A stretch of 64,000 bases of DNA from Pyrinomonadaceae bacterium. Lineage in GTDB: Bacteria > Acidobacteriota > Blastocatellia > Pyrinomonadales > Pyrinomonadaceae. The DNA is taken from positions 439,836 through 503,835 of the forward strand of contig JBKBYA010000001.1 of NCBI GenBank assembly GCA_046313635.1, written 5' to 3'. Shown in pieces: positions 59,599-64,000 of this stretch (position 1 is its first letter; each line of letters opens with the position of its first letter). Position numbers and translations under genes: made by a program. The notes beneath the pieces are model-generated. The model ran no database searches. It was not told the origin of the DNA and saw only the letters and a list, made by a program, of their open reading frames with translations.

Positions 59599-60696
59599 AT
59601 GCGTGTCCTTGCTCTTTGCTCATACCCGGTCGAGGCGGCGGCGACGCGTTTTCGGCTTGCGCAGTTTGTCGGGCCGCTGCGTGAGCGGGGCATCGAGCTG
59701 ACGATCAGTCCGTTTCTGAGCAGCGAGCAGTTTGCGAGCCTGTACCACGGCGGCGGCATCGCGGCCAAGGCGCTCGGGATGATCGGCCCGCTCGCGCGGC
59801 GCATCGGCGAGATCGCTTCGCTCGGCAAATATGACTTGCTGCTCGTACAGCGCGAGGCGATGCTCTTTGGCCCGGCGATATTCGAGCCGCTCTTTGCGCG
59901 GCTGGGCCGGCTGCCGATGGTGCTCGACCTAGACGACGCGACCTATGTGCACTACGTCAGCCCGACGTACGGGCGTATCGGGAGCGCACTAAAGTTTTTT
60001 GGCAAGACCGATGCTCTCATTCGCCGCTCGCAGCTCGTGATCTGCGGCAACCGATTCATCGCCGAGCACGTCGACTCTCTCGGCGGCCGCAGCGCGGTGA
60101 TTCCCACCGTTGTGGACCTGGACGAGTTCTGTCCCCGCAAAACGCACAACGATCCGCCGGTGATCGGCTGGATCGGGACACACTCGACCTACGAGTTTGT
60201 CGAGTCGTTGTTTCCGGTCTTTGAACGGCTCGCAGCTCGAAACAGCTTTAGGCTGAAGCTGGTAGGCGGCGGCCGGGCAAGCGTCACTATCCCAGGCGTC
60301 GAGGTCGAGTGTCTCGACTGGGACCTCCAGCGCGAGGTGAGCGACTTTCGATCGCTGGATATCGGCGTCTACCCGATCACGGTCAGCAGCTCGGCAAACG
60401 AGGAATGGATCAGAGGCAAGTCGGGCTTTAAGGCCATCCAGTACATGGCCGTCGGAGTTCCTTTCGTAATGTCGCCGGTCGGCGTTTGCGCCGAGATGGG
60501 CGAGCCGGGCGTGACGCACTTCAATGCGAGCACTTCTGAAGATTGGTATACTGCCCTAAACACGCTGCTTACTGACCGAGAACGCCGGTTTCAGATGGGA
60601 ATGGCGGGCCGGCAGTTTGCCCTCGGCAGCTTCGATCTGGGAGTTCAGGCAGAGCGTCTGGCCGAGGCGCTGCAACGCGTGGTCAAAGAAGGGTAG
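59599..60696 (+). CDS. Glycosyltransferase family 4
   Basis: TRFR, DLDDA, IGWIG and GKSGFKAIQYMA motifs. Confidence 0.88.
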   Translation: MRVLALCSYPVEAAATRFRLAQFVGPLRERGIELTISPFLSSEQFASLYHGGGIAAKALGMIGPLARRIGEIASLGKYDLLLVQREAMLFGPAIFEPLFARLGRLPMVLDLDDATYVHYVSPTYGRIGSALKFFGKTDALIRRSQLVICGNRFIAEHVDSLGGRSAVIPTVVDLDEFCPRKTHNDPPVIGWIGTHSTYEFVESLFPVFERLAARNSFRLKLVGGGRASVTIPGVEVECLDWDLQREVSDFRSLDIGVYPITVSSSANEEWIRGKSGFKAIQYMAVGVPFVMSPVGVCAEMGEPGVTHFNASTSEDWYTALNTLLTDRERRFQMGMAGRQFALGSFDLGVQAERLAEALQRVVKEG

Positions 60697-60704
60697 AAAT
60701 ATCG

Positions 60705-62414
60705 ATGTACATTTTAGGTCTCACCACACTTGGCGACTCGGCGGCGGCGCTGATCAAGGACGGTCAGCTGATCGCGGCGGCCGAGGAAGAGCGGTTTTCG
60801 CGTAAGAAGCACCACAGCGGTTTCCCGTACAAGGCGATCGAGTTTTGTCTCGACCAGGCGGGCATCCGGCTCAAGGATGTAGAGCACGTCGGGCACTACT
60901 GGAAGCCGTGGATACTGCGGCACAAGGCCGTGCAGGCGGCAAAGGCGGCGCTCGTGTCGCGCGATATGTTCAAGGCGCGGGCCGACCGCGGCATCGCGCA
61001 GGTGAGCGACAGCTATCTCGGGATGTTTCGGCACCCGCAGCGGCTGCGTGAGCACTTTGGGCCGGGCGAATTCAAATTTCACTATATCGAGCATCACCAG
61101 TCGCACGCCGCCTCGGCGTTTTTTGTCTCGCCGTTCGAATCGGCGGCGGTGCTCACGTGGGACGGCACCGGCGAAGACACGACGACGCTTTTTTGCCGCG
61201 GCCGGGGCAACAGCCTCGAGGTGCTCAAACGCATCAAGCTGCCGCACTCGCTCGGCCAGTTCTACTCGGCGGTGACCAACTACATCGGCTTTGATATGTT
61301 TGCCGGCGACGAGTGGAAGGTGATGGGCCTCGCCGCGTACGGCCGGCCCAAGTATTACGACTTCTTTCGCGACAAGGTGCTGACGACCAACGGGTCGGGA
61401 GATTTCAGATTCAACATCCGCGTGCTTGATCACCACCTCGCGAAGCACTACCAGTTTCCGGACGCGATCGTTCGCGAGCTCGGCCCGGGCCGCCGTAAGG
61501 GCGAGGAGCTGACCGAGCACCACTGGGATATCGCCTGCTCGGCGCAAAAGGCGCTCGAGGACACGGCACTCTATCTCGTCGACGAGATCCACCGGATGAC
61601 CGGCGAAGAGAATCTGTGCATGGCGGGCGGCGTCGCCTTTAACTCGGTGATGAACGGGCGCATCTTTCACGAGACAAAATTCAAACGCTTTTTTGTGCAG
61701 CCGGCGGCCGGCGACGCGGGCTGCTCGGTCGGCTCGGCCTTTTACGTCTGGAACCAGATCCTCGGCCGCCCGCGCTCGTTCGTGATGCGGCACGCCTACT
61801 GGGGGCCGGGATTTACCAACGACGAGTGCCGCGCCGCGCTCGACGAAGCGGGCCTCAAGTACGAGACGCTGCCCGACGACGAGCTGCTGCCGCGGCTCGC
61901 GCGGATGATCTCGGAGGGCGCGATCGTCGGCTGGTTCAACGGCCGGATGGAATTGGGCCCGCGAGCGCTCGGCGCCCGCAGCTTTCTCGCCGACCCGCGC
62001 CGGTCGGATATGCGCGAGATACTCAATCACAAGGTCAAGCTGCGCGAATGGTTTCGCCCGCTCGCGCCGTCGATGCAGGAGGAGCACGGGCGGGACGTCT
62101 TCGGCGTCGAGCACCACGACCCTTTTATGATCACCGTCATCCAGGTCGCCGAGGAGTACAAGGATAAGATCCCCGCGGTCGTCCACGTCGACGGCTCGGC
62201 GCGGCCGCAGATGGTCAGCCGCGAAACAAACCCGCGCTACTGGCGCCTGATCGACGAATTCAAAAAGATCACCGGGATACCGATGCTCCTCAACACGTCC
62301 TTCAACGTTCAGGAGCCGATCGTCTGCACCCCGCACGACGCGGTCAATACATTTCGCAGCGCCAACTTTGACGCGTTGGTCTTGGAGAATAATCTCGTCA
62401 TTCGTGACGCTTGA
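60705..62414 (+). CDS. Carbamoyltransferase (NodU/CmcH family)
   Basis: EEERFSRKKH, EHH.SH, KVMGLAAYG, AGGVAFN, GPRALGARS and NTSFN motifs. Confidence 0.93.
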   Translation: MYILGLTTLGDSAAALIKDGQLIAAAEEERFSRKKHHSGFPYKAIEFCLDQAGIRLKDVEHVGHYWKPWILRHKAVQAAKAALVSRDMFKARADRGIAQVSDSYLGMFRHPQRLREHFGPGEFKFHYIEHHQSHAASAFFVSPFESAAVLTWDGTGEDTTTLFCRGRGNSLEVLKRIKLPHSLGQFYSAVTNYIGFDMFAGDEWKVMGLAAYGRPKYYDFFRDKVLTTNGSGDFRFNIRVLDHHLAKHYQFPDAIVRELGPGRRKGEELTEHHWDIACSAQKALEDTALYLVDEIHRMTGEENLCMAGGVAFNSVMNGRIFHETKFKRFFVQPAAGDAGCSVGSAFYVWNQILGRPRSFVMRHAYWGPGFTNDECRAALDEAGLKYETLPDDELLPRLARMISEGAIVGWFNGRMELGPRALGARSFLADPRRSDMREILNHKVKLREWFRPLAPSMQEEHGRDVFGVEHHDPFMITVIQVAEEYKDKIPAVVHVDGSARPQMVSRETNPRYWRLIDEFKKITGIPMLLNTSFNVQEPIVCTPHDAVNTFRSANFDALVLENNLVIRDA

Positions 62415-63778
62415 ACGGTAGTTTGATGCGAAATCAGTTTGCCGTGATCCTCGGAGCCTTGCTCCTCTTTACCGGCCTGTTCCTTTGGCTTTTTCCCGAT
62501 CTTGGGGGAGCCGTGGCGACGGCCCTGATACCTGCTTGTATCGCACTCGCGACGTTTCGCCATTATGCCAGCGACAAGAGATTCGTCACGGCGATCTTTT
62601 TGGCCGCCCTGGCGGCGCGCCTAGCCTTCGGACTGTTTGTGCATCTCTTTGAGCTCCGCGAGTTCTTTGGCGGCGACGCGAACACATACGACTTTAGAGG
62701 AAACCTGCTTCTGGATCACTGGCTGGGGCTGACCGATCCGAACGATATCGGAGTAAAGATCGCTGTATCGCAAACCGGCCCGGGTTGGGGGATGTACTAT
62801 CTCGTCGCCGCGATCTATTACTTTGTCGGGCGAAACATACTTGCAGCTCAGTCCTTCTGCGCGGTCTTTGGCGCGGCGACGGCGCCGATGGTGTACTTTT
62901 GCGCACAAAAGGTCTTTGGCAATCTCCGCGTCGCAAAGACGGCGGCGGTGCTGGTCGCCTTGTTCCCGGCCTTTATCATCTGGTCGGGCCAGCTGCTCAA
63001 GGACGGGCTCATCGTCTTTTTGCTCGTGCTCGCGATGACGATGGTGCTAGCCCTGCAGGAGCGTTTCAATTACGCGGCGCTCGTGCTGCTCTTTGTCGCG
63101 ATCGCGGCCATCCTGCCGCTGAGGTTCTATATCTTTTACATGGTCGCGGCGGCCGCGGCCGGCAGCTTTATCATCGGTTTTTCGCAGTCTGCGCGGTCGC
63201 TCGTGCGAAACACCGTGATCCTCGTCATCGTCGGCCTCGGGCTGACCTATTTTGGCGTGACGCGCAATGCGAGCGAAGAGATAACGAGATACGGCAATCT
63301 CGAGAGGCTCCAGCTCAGTCGTATGGACCTCGCCCGCTCCGGCGGGTCGGGTTTTGCCGAGGACGTTGACGTCTCGACGACCGAGGGCGCGATCAGCGTC
63401 ATCCCGATCGGTTTCACGTACCTGATGTTTGCGCCATTCCCGTGGGAGGCCGCCAATCTTCGTCAGGCGATCACGCTGCCGGAGGTGCTGGTCTGGTGGG
63501 CGATGATGCCGCTGATGGTGTGGGGCATCTGGTGGGCGATACGCAACCGTCTGAGGAGCGCGTTCCCGATATTGATATTCAGCCTGATGCTGACGCTGGC
63601 CTACTCGGTCTTTCAGGGCAATGTCGGCACGGCGTACCGGCAGCGGACGCAGATACAGGTGTTTTTGTTTATCTTCATCGCCGTCGGATGGCAGCTCTAT
63701 CGCGAACGCAAAGAGGACCGCGAGATCCGACGCCGCCAGCACGACCGCCGTATCAGGCAGATGGTAAGGGGTGTTTAG
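62411..63778 (+). CDS. Multi-pass membrane protein (Wzy-like polymerase or GT-C glycosyltransferase)
   Basis: Many TM segments; DANTYD, LKDG, P.PW and NVGTAYRQR motifs; alternative ATG 62426. Confidence 0.75.
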   Translation: MNGSLMRNQFAVILGALLLFTGLFLWLFPDLGGAVATALIPACIALATFRHYASDKRFVTAIFLAALAARLAFGLFVHLFELREFFGGDANTYDFRGNLLLDHWLGLTDPNDIGVKIAVSQTGPGWGMYYLVAAIYYFVGRNILAAQSFCAVFGAATAPMVYFCAQKVFGNLRVAKTAAVLVALFPAFIIWSGQLLKDGLIVFLLVLAMTMVLALQERFNYAALVLLFVAIAAILPLRFYIFYMVAAAAAGSFIIGFSQSARSLVRNTVILVIVGLGLTYFGVTRNASEEITRYGNLERLQLSRMDLARSGGSGFAEDVDVSTTEGAISVIPIGFTYLMFAPFPWEAANLRQAITLPEVLVWWAMMPLMVWGIWWAIRNRLRSAFPILIFSLMLTLAYSVFQGNVGTAYRQRTQIQVFLFIFIAVGWQLYRERKEDREIRRRQHDRRIRQMVRGV

Positions 63779-63779
63779 A

Positions 63780-64000
63780 GAGTCTATCGAGTCTATCGAG
63801 TCTATCGAGTCGGTTGAGTCGGTTGAGTCGGTTGAGTCGATCGATTCTGTCCGGTCGATCGAGTCGGTTGAGTCGGTTGAGTCGGTTGAGTCGATCGATT
63901 CTGTCCGGTCGATCGAGTCGGTTGAGTCGGTCGATTCTGTCCGGTCGATCGAGTCGGTTGAGTCGGTCGATTCTGTCCGGTCGATCGAGTCGGTCGAGTC
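63780..64000 (+). repeat. 9-mer tandem array (GAGTCNNTY) with higher-order blocks, truncated by window end
   Basis: GAGTCTATC x3, GAGTCGGTT runs and a recurring GATTCTGTC-CGGTCGATC pair in strict 9-nt phase; same family as 39417-39759. Confidence 0.92.

Noticed and set aside
60714..62336. 540-aa minus-strand ORF
   Set aside because: Antisense shadow of the carbamoyltransferase

Overview
High-GC bacterial chromosome segment. Gene content and short-repeat style suggest Acidobacteriota, probably Blastocatellia/Pyrinomonadaceae (inference). It holds about 50 CDS: housekeeping genes (moaA, queG, dapF, rlmN, pgeF, acpS, bshA, and thiC with a TPP riboswitch), a TonB-dependent receptor, three secreted nucleases, an ECF sigma/anti-sigma pair, a stress cluster (SRPBCC-BON, SWFG-BON, DUF4142, DUF6582), a class II UvrA and the start of a surface-polysaccharide locus with a lower-GC internal cassette. 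No rRNA, tRNA, CRISPR or transposase gene was seen. Main observations: (1) a ligase-less LigD (phosphoesterase + polymerase) is divergent from a LigB-like ATP-dependent ligase, and sigma-54 -24/-12 motifs precede ligD, uvrA2 and the BON/SRPBCC cluster, suggesting a sigma-54 stress/DNA-repair regulon; (2) several short-repeat families (GTCAG-hairpin REP-like units, 7-, 8- and 9-mer arrays) form nested palindromes, sit in-frame inside genes and supply stop codons or -10 boxes; (3) many genes have a -10 box 6-9 nt before the start codon, implying leaderless mRNAs. All calls come from reading the sequence and the ORF track; no searches were run.
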